Origin: Elusimicrobiota bacterium
GTDB taxonomy: Bacteria > Elusimicrobiota > Elusimicrobia > Elusimicrobiales > UBA9959
Assembly (NCBI GenBank): GCA_037137395.1
Contig: JBAXKK010000021.1
Coordinates: 1-33,771 of the forward strand
Direction: 5' to 3'
Length of the DNA stretch: 33,771 nt
This document shows, piece by piece, positions 8,569 through 17,273 of this stretch (position 1 is the first letter of the stretch; each line of letters begins with the position of its first letter). Position numbers and translations under genes: made by a program. The notes under the pieces were generated by a model that saw only the letters and a list, made by a program, of their open reading frames with translations, did not search any database and was not told the DNA's origin.

Positions 8569-10623
8569 ATGACCGCTAAAAACAAACATGCTGAACCGCC
8601 TCCCGGGGATGACTCCGGGGTGGCCGACCTTTTTGCCCCCGGCGACTCAGTTTCCCAGGTCATCAGGCACTTCGAACCGCGTCCCCAGCAGGCGAAGATG
8701 GCCTCGGCTGTGTTTCAGGCCATCAATAAGCGGACACATCTGGCGGTAGAGGCCGGGACCGGCGTCGGCAAATCCCTCGCCTACCTCGTGCCCGCGGCCA
8801 TCTGGGCTGTCAGCAACAAAAAAAAGGCGGTGGTGGCCACCTACACCAAGGCCCTGCAGGCCCAGCTGGTGAAAAAAGACCTTCCGATAGTAAAGGCCGT
8901 GCTTGAGAAGCTTGGCATGAAGCTTTCCTATTTTCTGCTGATGGGCTCGTCAAACTACCTGTGCCTTTCGCGCCTGGAGCGCTCCGAGCGGCTGGGCCCG
9001 GAGCTGTTCGAGGAGAGCGAGGAGCAGAGGATAGCCGACGCGCTGCACGAATGGTCGCAAACCGGCCACAGCGGCTGCCGGACTGAGATACCTTTCGCGG
9101 TTCCTCACCAGATCTGGGACGAGGTCTGCCGTGACTCTGACGTCTGCCTGGGACGGAAGTGCCATTTAAAAGACAAATGTTTTTACCGCAAAGACGTGGC
9201 GCAGGCCGCCCTGTCCGACATCATCGTGGTTAACCAGCACCTTTTCTTTGCCGGCATGCCGCTGCCGACTTTTGACGCGGTTATCTTCGATGAGGCGCAT
9301 AATCTTGAGGAAGTCGCGGCCGGCTTTATGGGCTTTTCCCTGACTGACAGGAAGATAAAGCGCTTCCTGGATTCGGTCTATAATCCCAAATCCGGAAAAG
9401 GTTTAGCCAAAAGGATAAAGCGGACCCCCGGAACCTGGCTGTCTGAGATGCAGCAGGCCGTCTTAGACGTGAACTTCGCCTCCCAGACCTTTTTTCAGGA
9501 CATCACGGAGAAGCTCGGCTTTTACGGCTTAGCCGGCCCGGGGTCAGTAAGGCCAAAACGGGTGGTCACGCCGGACATCGTGGACAATTGCCTACACCAA
9601 CCCCTGCTCGCGCTTACGGTGCTTCTCTCGCAGGCGATCGGGTACGCGCATTCTGACCAGGAGGGGGCCGAGATTAAAGGGCACCTGAAAAAATGCATGG
9701 ACCTTTCCGCGCAGATAGCCTCTTTCCTCGAGTGCAAAGAGGCCTCGCACGCGTATTGGGTTGAGGTGCGGAGCTTAAAAAGGCACCGTGAGATCGCCCT
9801 GAATATGGCGCCGGTGGATGTGTCAGAATCGCTGAGAAAAGAACTTTTCGGAAAGACTTTCCCGGTCATCCTCACCTCGGCCACGCTGACGGTGGACGGC
9901 TCGTTCAAGATGGTTAAAGCGCAGCTGGGGCTTGATAAGGGCTGGGAGCTCCTGCTGGACTCCCCGTTTGAGTATGATAAGCAGGCGGCGCTATTTATGC
10001 CGCAGGACATCCCCGACCCCTCCGATCCCGGCGCTTACCAGGAGGCGGTTATCCGGGAATGTTTTAAGATCTGCTCGGCCGTGGAGGGCGGGGTGTTCCT
10101 GCTTTTCACAAGCTGGCAGTCGCTTGAGACGGCCTACAGCGTGCTGTCCGCGCAATTATCCGGCAGGCCGCTTTTCAAGCAGAAAGATAAGATACCGCAT
10201 CAGCTGATTACGGAATTCGGCCACGCAGGCAACGGGGTTCTGTTCGCCACCGACACCTTCTGGCAGGGTGTGGATGTCCCGGGGCCGGCGCTCTCGTGCG
10301 TGGTTATCGCAAGGCTGCCCTTTATTTCGCCCGACTCGCCGCTTGAAGAGGCCCGCAAGGAATGGATGACGGCAAAGGGCATGAATTTTTTCAAGGACTA
10401 CTCGCTCCCCAAAGCTGTCGTTAAATTCCGCCAGGGCTTCGGCCGTCTGATCCGCGCGCGGGACGACTTTGGCGCGGTTGTGGTGCTTGACCCAAGGATA
10501 CAGACCCGGCGCTACGGCACAAAGTTTACGCGCTCAATCCCCAAATGCCGGCACATCTCAAGCCTTAAAGAGCTGAAAGATTCCTGTAAGCCCGTGGGCG
10601 CGCTAACCTCTGATCCCGAGTGA
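8569..10623 (+). CDS. dinG: DinG/YoaA family ATP-dependent Fe-S DNA helicase
   Basis: Q motif EPRPQQ, EAGTGVGKS, NYLC plus C-x4-C-x5-C Fe-S cysteines, FDEAH, TSATL, FWQGVDVPG, QGFGRLIR. Confidence 0.88.
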   Translation: MTAKNKHAEPPPGDDSGVADLFAPGDSVSQVIRHFEPRPQQAKMASAVFQAINKRTHLAVEAGTGVGKSLAYLVPAAIWAVSNKKKAVVATYTKALQAQLVKKDLPIVKAVLEKLGMKLSYFLLMGSSNYLCLSRLERSERLGPELFEESEEQRIADALHEWSQTGHSGCRTEIPFAVPHQIWDEVCRDSDVCLGRKCHLKDKCFYRKDVAQAALSDIIVVNQHLFFAGMPLPTFDAVIFDEAHNLEEVAAGFMGFSLTDRKIKRFLDSVYNPKSGKGLAKRIKRTPGTWLSEMQQAVLDVNFASQTFFQDITEKLGFYGLAGPGSVRPKRVVTPDIVDNCLHQPLLALTVLLSQAIGYAHSDQEGAEIKGHLKKCMDLSAQIASFLECKEASHAYWVEVRSLKRHREIALNMAPVDVSESLRKELFGKTFPVILTSATLTVDGSFKMVKAQLGLDKGWELLLDSPFEYDKQAALFMPQDIPDPSDPGAYQEAVIRECFKICSAVEGGVFLLFTSWQSLETAYSVLSAQLSGRPLFKQKDKIPHQLITEFGHAGNGVLFATDTFWQGVDVPGPALSCVVIARLPFISPDSPLEEARKEWMTAKGMNFFKDYSLPKAVVKFRQGFGRLIRARDDFGAVVVLDPRIQTRRYGTKFTRSIPKCRHISSLKELKDSCKPVGALTSDPE

Positions 10624-10693
10624 TTCCGGGGAGATTCCGGGGACAGTATATTTAATTAGGCTAATTTAGAGACACATATACCATCCCCGGAGT
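10620..10693. repeat. REP-like imperfect inverted repeat / hairpin
   Basis: ATTCCGGGGACAGTATATT (10634-10652) pairs imperfectly with CATATACCATCCCCGGAGT (10675-10693); GATTCCGGGGA is tandemly duplicated at the left end. Confidence 0.5.
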
Positions 10694-10785
10694 TATGCCG
10701 CCGCGAAATGTTTTGATGGAATATAGACGGCACAATTGGTATCCTGATTATGCCGGGCGGGTCGGGAGCACGGGAGATAAAGCAT

Positions 10786-12303
10786 ATGGCTTTAAAGAAG
10801 GTTTCGGTCATAATTTTTGTCGGGCTTATAATGCTGTGGCTGCCCTCGGCCCGGGCCGTCACGCTGGAATCCGCCGACCAGGGTTTTTCGGTGAGCCTTC
10901 CGGGCAACTGGTCGGACTCGGAGCCGCCCGACGAGGGTGTCGTACTGCTGACTAAAAACGGGCGCGCCGAGATTAAGATACGGGCGCTTTCCGGAACCCT
11001 TTCCGACAAAGCCCTTAAGGCGAAGCTGCAGGCCAGCCGGAAAAAATTACAGAGAAGCGGCATCACCGTGCCTAACAAGATTTTCAGCGCCGCACCGGAC
11101 GGGGACGGCCGGTTTTACTCAATCCAATTCACTTCAAAGGGCAAAAAATACCGCTCCGGTTATTTTAGCCTGGCGGGCCGCTCATACAGCGTCCTGGCCT
11201 CCGGTCTGTCCGAGGCGGAATTTCAGGCGCTGGCCGCTACCCTTACTCCGCTGACCAAAGCCGGCAAGGCGGAGTCAGCGGCCGGGCAACTCCCTATTGC
11301 TGCAGTCGCCAGCCCGCCGGCCGCGTCGCCGAACGGGGCGCCGGCCAATCCCCAGGGCGCCCTTGGTGCGCCGCCCGCGGACACCGCGTTCGGAAACGGG
11401 GGGGCGCCCGCGGCGGCTGATAATCTGCCGGAGTTGCCGCGGAGGAAGGTAGGCAGCTCCCTGGGGCTTTTCTTGCTTCTGCTGGCCATATCGGCGGCCG
11501 CGCTGGGCTACCGGTCATTCGCCAGCAAAGACGCGTGCACGGCGAACGAGCCGACGGCTGCGGGTTCATTGTACCCTTTCCACGTAGAGCGGCGTTATCT
11601 TTCGTTCCCGATCACCTTCGATATCCAAAACGCGGCGGGCCAGCATTACCGGGCCGTCTCCCACAGAGTGCCGTCGTTATTGCTCGGGACAGGCCTCTGC
11701 GGCTATTTCCTGATGAAGGTGCTGGTGCAGGCGATTGTATTCTCCGGCGTTGACCCGCAAACGATTCCGGCCGCGGTCCAGAGGCCTATCCTCAGCCTGA
11801 TATCGCTGACAAACATCCTGATTTTATCAGGGCTAGCGCTTATGATGTTCTTCCGAAAAAAACTAAAAATCTACGACTCTTCCGGCGGGCTGGTCCTGAA
11901 CATCTGTCAGAAGCGGGTGAGCTTCCTATCGCTGTTCTTTTTCATCCGCGATTCGGCCGGGACCGAACTGGGGACGCTTAAGCGCGTCGGCTTAGTGCTG
12001 TTCAGAAGGCGCTGGCAATTGCTGGATACCGAAGGCAGAGTCCTGCTGGAGATGTGCGAGGATTCCTTCGCTCGCGCCATCGCCAGAAAGCTCCTTGGGC
12101 ACCTGTGGGGATTGCTCAGGACCAACTACATCATCTCCGACGCTACTTCGGCGGTGGGAAGCCTCAGGCGCGAATGGTCAATTTGGAACCGCTTCGATTT
12201 AAGCCTGGTGCAGGCCGGGAATCTTGACCCGAGGCTGGTCCTGGCGACCGCCCTGTTCCTCGACGTTGTAGATCCGGACAGGTGGCATCCATGGCACAAC
12301 TAA
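10786..12303 (+). CDS. Hypothetical membrane protein (signal peptide, Pro/Ala linker, TM helices, C-terminal LURP-one/scramblase-like domain)
   Basis: Signal peptide ending ARA; hydrophobic segments; C-terminal repeated 'I.D..G..LG...R' strands and a final hydrophobic helix 'LDPRLVLATALFLD'. Start chosen at ATG 10786. Confidence 0.6.
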   Translation: MALKKVSVIIFVGLIMLWLPSARAVTLESADQGFSVSLPGNWSDSEPPDEGVVLLTKNGRAEIKIRALSGTLSDKALKAKLQASRKKLQRSGITVPNKIFSAAPDGDGRFYSIQFTSKGKKYRSGYFSLAGRSYSVLASGLSEAEFQALAATLTPLTKAGKAESAAGQLPIAAVASPPAASPNGAPANPQGALGAPPADTAFGNGGAPAAADNLPELPRRKVGSSLGLFLLLLAISAAALGYRSFASKDACTANEPTAAGSLYPFHVERRYLSFPITFDIQNAAGQHYRAVSHRVPSLLLGTGLCGYFLMKVLVQAIVFSGVDPQTIPAAVQRPILSLISLTNILILSGLALMMFFRKKLKIYDSSGGLVLNICQKRVSFLSLFFFIRDSAGTELGTLKRVGLVLFRRRWQLLDTEGRVLLEMCEDSFARAIARKLLGHLWGLLRTNYIISDATSAVGSLRREWSIWNRFDLSLVQAGNLDPRLVLATALFLDVVDPDRWHPWHN

Positions 12304-13016
12304 GGCTGCTTTTGCCGGGGCTGGCCCTACTTCTGGCCGGCTGTTCGCAAATCTGGCTCCCGGAAAGTATAGAGGACCGCGTTGGCGAACTGGCGTCGCA
12401 ATCCATCCGGCTTGAGATGCCGCCCATTGCCGACCCGGCCTGGCAAAAATACATAGAGGATATCGGCGGCAAGATAGCCGCCGTTTCTGAGCGGCCGGAT
12501 TATCATTACAGGTATTACATCGTCGAGTCGTCCACGGTGAACGCTTTCGCCGTTCCCGACGGTTCGATATTCGTAACCACGGAACTGCTGAAGCTCGCGG
12601 GGCGCAACCAGTTGGCGCTTGCCGCGATACTGGCCCATGAAATAGGGCATATCGCCCGACGACACGGGGCCGAAACCCTGCAGCTGCAGCTGGGCTACGG
12701 GGTCATGAATTTCTTTATCTTCGGCTTTGAGCGGTCGGCGGCGCGGCAGGCGGGGGATCTGACCAGCAAGATCGTCGGCCTGGGATACGGCAGGGAGATG
12801 GAACTGGAGGCCGACATCTGCGCCGTGCGCTATCTGGCCCGGCTCGGCTACCAGCCGGAGGGCTCGCTGGAATTTCTCAGGATTCTGCTCCCCCTGGGGA
12901 AGGGGCGGGGAGATTTCATGCTGGGAAAGTACCTCCGGACTCATCCGCCTACGGAAGAGAGGATCAGCTATGTGGAAAACTATCTCCAGCAACACCTGAC
13001 GACCCAGGCGCGCTGA
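12291..13016 (+). CDS. M48 family zinc metallopeptidase lipoprotein
   Basis: LAGC lipobox, NAFAVPDG, HEIGH, ELEAD, THP motifs. Confidence 0.88.
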   Translation: MAQLRLLLPGLALLLAGCSQIWLPESIEDRVGELASQSIRLEMPPIADPAWQKYIEDIGGKIAAVSERPDYHYRYYIVESSTVNAFAVPDGSIFVTTELLKLAGRNQLALAAILAHEIGHIARRHGAETLQLQLGYGVMNFFIFGFERSAARQAGDLTSKIVGLGYGREMELEADICAVRYLARLGYQPEGSLEFLRILLPLGKGRGDFMLGKYLRTHPPTEERISYVENYLQQHLTTQAR

Positions 13017-13048
13017 AGGTGTCGCGCGGACGCAATCGGGAAGGAACT

Positions 13049-14065
13049 ATGACGACTAAAAAAATGCTGAGCGGGAAGACTATTATGGAAATAGTGCGCG
13101 GATTCCAGCCGGCTTGCGTTATAATCGCCGGGGCTGACCTGGATGTGTTCACAATCCTGCACGCCAGGCCCATGGGCGCGGCGCGGCTTGCCGCGACGGT
13201 CAGGGGCGACGCGCGCGCTATCACTATCCTGCTTGACGCCTTAGCCGCCCTCGGCATGCTGGCAAAAGGGCCGGGGGACAAGCCCGTCTATAGAGTGCCG
13301 CCGGCGGTCGCCGCAGTGCTCGCTGATAAAGGCGCGCGGTGCATGCTGGGCATGGTGCGACACCAGGGCAACTGCCTGCGGCTCTGGGGGCAATTGGGCA
13401 GCGTCGCGCGCAGCGGCAAGCCGGCCGTGCGCCGCCCGAGCGTGCGCGGGGCCGGCGGAGATTTGGACTCGTTTATACGGGCTATGCACGAGGTGTCCCG
13501 GCCGATGTCTGAGCCGCTTATCGGCAGCCTTGGCCCTTTGAAATTCACACATCTGCTTGACCTTGGCGGAGCCTCCGGCACCTGGACGATCCCGTTTCTC
13601 CGGCGCAACCCGGGCGCCATAGCAACAATTTTTGACCGGCCTGATGTAATCCCTATGGCCCGTAGGACCATAAAAAAGGCCGGACTCGCCGGCAGGGTGG
13701 ATTTTGTGGCCGGCGATTACAACAGCGGCGCTATGCCGCAAGGCCCTGACCTGGCGTGGGTAAGCGCGATAGTTCATCAGAACTCACGCGCCCAGAACAG
13801 GGCGATGTTCTCAAGGGTGTTCGCCGCGCTGCCGCCCGGCGGACGGATCCTTATCCGCGATATCGTGGTTGACGCTTCGCGCACGCGCCCCGTCGGCGCC
13901 GCTCTTTTCGCCGTGAACATGCTGACCGCCACCAGCGGGGGCTCAGCCTTCACTTTTAACGAGCTACGCGACGACCTGACGGCCGCCGGCTTTGTTAAGG
14001 TGAAGCTCCTGCGCCGCGGCGAGATAATGGATTCGCTAATCAGCGCCCTTGTTCCGGCGACATAA
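13049..14065 (+). CDS. SAM-dependent O-methyltransferase (class I, with dimerisation domain)
   Basis: LLDLGGASG, FDRPDV, GDY, LPPGGRILIRD; AAGGA RBS before ATG 13049. Confidence 0.88.
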   Translation: MTTKKMLSGKTIMEIVRGFQPACVIIAGADLDVFTILHARPMGAARLAATVRGDARAITILLDALAALGMLAKGPGDKPVYRVPPAVAAVLADKGARCMLGMVRHQGNCLRLWGQLGSVARSGKPAVRRPSVRGAGGDLDSFIRAMHEVSRPMSEPLIGSLGPLKFTHLLDLGGASGTWTIPFLRRNPGAIATIFDRPDVIPMARRTIKKAGLAGRVDFVAGDYNSGAMPQGPDLAWVSAIVHQNSRAQNRAMFSRVFAALPPGGRILIRDIVVDASRTRPVGAALFAVNMLTATSGGSAFTFNELRDDLTAAGFVKVKLLRRGEIMDSLISALVPAT

Positions 14066-14118
14066 CACCCCAATTCCCTGCCGCTGTCTGTTTAAATAAT
14101 CCCAAATACTCAAAATCT

Positions 14119-14154
14119 CCCCGACAGTATGCTGTCGGGGTGACCTGCTACGCT
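14119..14154 (+). promoter_or_regulatory. Palindromic operator CCCCGACA-N6-TGTCGGGG plus extended -10 (TGc-TACGCT)
   Basis: TGTCGG 14133-14138, 10 nt, TACGCT 14149-14154; near copy of the DUF3800 upstream region. Confidence 0.7.
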
Positions 14155-14176
14155 ATTAATACGGCAAGAGGGGATT

Positions 14177-15259
14177 ATGGCTAAAGAAATTGTTCCTGGT
14201 TACGGCATATTACTGGCGGATATCAAGCAGCGCGTGCGCGCGGCGCAATACGCGGCGCTGCGGACCGCTAACACGGAAGTGGTGAATCTGTACTGGGATA
14301 TAGGTCGGATGATAGTTTCACGACAGAGAGGGGATACCTGGGGAAAATCCGTTGTTGCGCGTCTGTCCGTAGACTTGCAAAAAGAATTCACTGGTATTCA
14401 TGGTTTCTCTTCCCAGAACCTCTGGCGAATGCGGCAGTTTTTCCAGGCATACTCCCAAAAGTCAAAACTCTCACCATTGGTGAGAGAAATAGCCTGGACC
14501 CAGAATCTCTTGATTATAATGGGCTGCAAGGAGGACCTTGAACGGGAATTTTACCTGCGCGCCACGCGCAAGTTCGGATGGACAAAAACCGTGCTGGCGC
14601 TTAATATAGAAGCCGGAACTTACCAGAAGTATCTAAATAACCAGACCAACTTCGACTCCACTGTGCCCGAGAAAGTACGCAACCAAGCCAAGTTAGCCGT
14701 CAAGGACGAATACACCTTCGATTTAATGGAGCTTGGTGAGGAGCACAGCGAAAAAGAGCTTGAGCGCGCACTTATCTCAAAAGTGAACAGATTCCTTACT
14801 GAGATGGGCGGCGTCTTCACCTTCGCCGGCAGTCAGTACCGGCTTGAGGTGGACGGTCAGGAATACTTTATAGATATCCTCCTCTATCACCGGCATCTAA
14901 AATGCCTTGTGGCAGTGGAACTTAAAGTGGGCGAGTTTATGCCGGAATACATCGGCAAGATGCAATTCTACCTGGCCGCGCTGGACGCCCTTATTAAAAC
15001 CCCTGACGAAAACCCGTCTATCGGGATTGTAATCTGCAAGAGCAAGAAGAGGATGATCGTTGAATACTCGCTGCGCGAATCCAAAAAGCCTATCGGCGTT
15101 TCTACCTACAAAGTATTCAAAACGCTGCCGGACAATTTAAAGGGAGAGCTGCCGTCGCCGGCCCAGGTCGCCCTGCTGCTAGAGGAAGGCTTTGGCAGCG
15201 GCGAAGCGTCCGCTATTAAAGAGCCGCGCGGGAGGTATCTGGTTGCAGCGGGCCGGTAG
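14177..15259 (+). CDS. DUF1016 / YhcG family PD-(D/E)xK nuclease domain protein
   Basis: LYWDIG, WGKSVVARLS, GFSSQNLWRMRQF, FIDILLYH..LKCLVAVELK, GKMQFYL, NPSIGIVIC. Confidence 0.92.
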   Translation: MAKEIVPGYGILLADIKQRVRAAQYAALRTANTEVVNLYWDIGRMIVSRQRGDTWGKSVVARLSVDLQKEFTGIHGFSSQNLWRMRQFFQAYSQKSKLSPLVREIAWTQNLLIIMGCKEDLEREFYLRATRKFGWTKTVLALNIEAGTYQKYLNNQTNFDSTVPEKVRNQAKLAVKDEYTFDLMELGEEHSEKELERALISKVNRFLTEMGGVFTFAGSQYRLEVDGQEYFIDILLYHRHLKCLVAVELKVGEFMPEYIGKMQFYLAALDALIKTPDENPSIGIVICKSKKRMIVEYSLRESKKPIGVSTYKVFKTLPDNLKGELPSPAQVALLLEEGFGSGEASAIKEPRGRYLVAAGR

Positions 15260-15516
15260 CCGCCGGAACAGTAGTTGTCCGGGTGATCTGCTACCTACTA
15301 AAGCGCAAAAGGGGGAATTTATGCATATTCAAAAGTGGTATTTATTTTACAGCAAAGAAACTGCAATTAGGCAACAGCCTGTTGCCCAAATTAAAGCGCC
15401 AGCCCCCGGCGCAAATACTGCAGATCCCCTGGGGTCACAATATTGCAATTATTTAAGGGTCAGTTGCCGACAATAAAGGAAATTGAAAAGGAATTCGGAA
15501 AAGATAAGGAGGAAAT

Positions 15517-15825
15517 ATGAAAAGCATTAATCAGTCTCTGGATGTGCCCTTGCCGTTTCCCACCCGGTCTATAATAGTGCCGGGCGGCTATGTTGATGAA
15601 TATATTATCCCGGCGGATAAAAGACAGGAGGTGCTGAAAAAACTTTATCCTTTTGTGCCGGTTCCGTCCCTGGACGACACACTGCTGGACATCCATGAGG
15701 AGAAGACGTTTAAGGTGCGTGATTTCCGCGTTCTGCGCGGCGTCGACATGGACTGGCTTGTAAGCCCCTATTACTACAACAGCGGCGGCACAGTAATAGA
15801 CTGGGTGGAGCCGGACGAAGATTAA
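15517..15825 (+). CDS. Hypothetical protein (102 aa)
   Basis: Strong AAGGAGG RBS; natural-looking protein sequence; no recognised family. Confidence 0.7.
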   Translation: MKSINQSLDVPLPFPTRSIIVPGGYVDEYIIPADKRQEVLKKLYPFVPVPSLDDTLLDIHEEKTFKVRDFRVLRGVDMDWLVSPYYYNSGGTVIDWVEPDED

Positions 15826-15880
15826 CAGTGAATTCCATGGGCTGCTTAATTAGCTGAAGGCCGGGGGGGGGCGCAAATGT

Positions 15881-15907
15881 TTTAAGGTCGCAAAATGCGG
15901 CCTTAAA
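15881..15907. terminator. Hairpin, possible intrinsic terminator
   Basis: TTTAAGGTCGCA-AAA-TGCGGCCTTAAA stem-loop downstream of the hypothetical gene. Confidence 0.4.
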
Positions 15908-16002
15908 GAAAGGCCGTGAAGCGCCTGTAAAACATCTCCCTTTCGCCTTTACAGAAAATGGAGTCGCTATACGCGAGATCAGGGGGGTAGAGTGGTGATA
16001 AT

Positions 16003-16755
16003 ATGGGGAAATCTTATCTTGTTAAGCCAGCTCCTGACAAAATCGCTTTGATCGCGGTTTTAAAGACGCCGCGCGACCTGGAGATAGCGGCGCGCGACCG
16101 CTGGTACAGAATACCTCTTAAGAAGGCCCCAAAAAGCGCCTTCACACATATCGCTTTTTACCAGCCGGCCTGCTTTAAGCCGGACGGCAAAAGAATAGCG
16201 TATTACGCCGAGGTTAAGGCCTGTTCAACCGGGCGCAGGATAGATATCTTCCCCGGTGAGCCGGAACATCCGGCGGCGCTGCGGCTTTATAAAAAATACA
16301 GCCTGGGCCCGCTGATCAGGCTCCCAGCGCCGATCCTTAACACAAGCGGCAGCCGGATATCTTTCGGCTACGCCGAACTAAAGCGCCTGACGCTGGCCAG
16401 AGATATTCTAGGGATTTTTGAAGTGTTTCCTATAGAAAATATGATGTGCGGCGCGCTGAAGGCCGCCGGCGTAGAGTTTTTCCGAGAATATAACATTATG
16501 CTGCGGAAAAAAGTTAAATACCGGCTGGATTTCGCGCTATTCTGCAAAAAGGGGAAACTTGACGTGGAATGCGACGGGCGCTGCTGGCATTCCACCCGCG
16601 GCCAGCGCGCCAAAGACGCGCAAAGGGACTATTGGCTGAAGCGCCGCGGTTGGACGATTCTCAGGTTCGGCGAGCACGAGGTGCTGCATAACGCGTCGGG
16701 ATGCATCGGCGAAATAAAGACGGCCATTAAATCTCTGGACGGCGACAAAGACTAG
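16003..16755 (+). CDS. DUF559 (Vsr-like) endonuclease domain protein with an extra N-terminal domain
   Basis: YRLDFAL...LDVECDG..WH...DAQRD..LKRRGWTILRF C-terminal DUF559 signature; N-terminal WYRIP domain. Confidence 0.82.
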   Translation: MGKSYLVKPAPDKIALIAVLKTPRDLEIAARDRWYRIPLKKAPKSAFTHIAFYQPACFKPDGKRIAYYAEVKACSTGRRIDIFPGEPEHPAALRLYKKYSLGPLIRLPAPILNTSGSRISFGYAELKRLTLARDILGIFEVFPIENMMCGALKAAGVEFFREYNIMLRKKVKYRLDFALFCKKGKLDVECDGRCWHSTRGQRAKDAQRDYWLKRRGWTILRFGEHEVLHNASGCIGEIKTAIKSLDGDKD

Positions 16756-16901
16756 GCGTCATCATAAAATGAAGCGTGATGACGAGGCCTTGATTACATT
16801 GTAATATTCCGGCGCACCCGCGGGAACGAATAGTTTTTAGGGGGGTATTACCGGCGCTTATTTTTTGATTAACATTACTAATTTGGCGGGTCGATTTATT
16901 T

Positions 16902-16910
16902 TGATAGAAT
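16902..16910 (+). promoter_or_regulatory. Putative extended -10 promoter of the nuo operon (TGa-TAGAAT)
   Basis: TAGAAT at 16905-16910, 9 nt before the nuoA ATG; no SD sequence visible. Confidence 0.4.
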
Positions 16911-16919
16911 ATAGATTCA

Positions 16920-17273
16920 ATGAGACAATATCTTGCCATAGCGCTTACGATGGGGTTCGGGCTGGCGGTAGCGGTAGGAATGCTGCTGGCCGCCATGCTG
17001 TTCGGGCCCAAAAAGCGGAATCATATTAAGGCGGAACCTTTTGAGTGCGGCATGCCGCCCGCCCAGGCTTCCAGAAGCGCCGTCTCAGTCAATTTTTACC
17101 TTATCGCCATCCTGTTCGTCATGTTCGACATAGAGATAATATTCCTGTATCCGTGGGCCGTCTCCTTCAGGGCGCTTGGCATGCAGGGGTTTGTCGCCAT
17201 GTCCGGCTTCATCTGCATCCTGTTCGCCGCGCTGATCTACGCCATAAAGCGGGGAGCGCTGCAATGGGATTAG
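16920..17273 (+). CDS. nuoA: NADH-quinone oxidoreductase subunit A
   Basis: PFECG, FYLIAILFVMFDIE, YPWA. Confidence 0.95.
   Translation: MRQYLAIALTMGFGLAVAVGMLLAAMLFGPKKRNHIKAEPFECGMPPAQASRSAVSVNFYLIAILFVMFDIEIIFLYPWAVSFRALGMQGFVAMSGFICILFAALIYAIKRGALQWD

Noticed and set aside
2894..15830. TAAC immediately at several stop codons (2898, 14063, 15823), resembling integron attC R'' ends
   Set aside because: No matching GTTRRRY partner or attC-like hairpin was found downstream, and there is no integron integrase.
17045..17263. Long N-terminal extension of nuoB in the ORF track
   Set aside because: Overlaps nuoA in another frame; the homologous start is ATG 17264.
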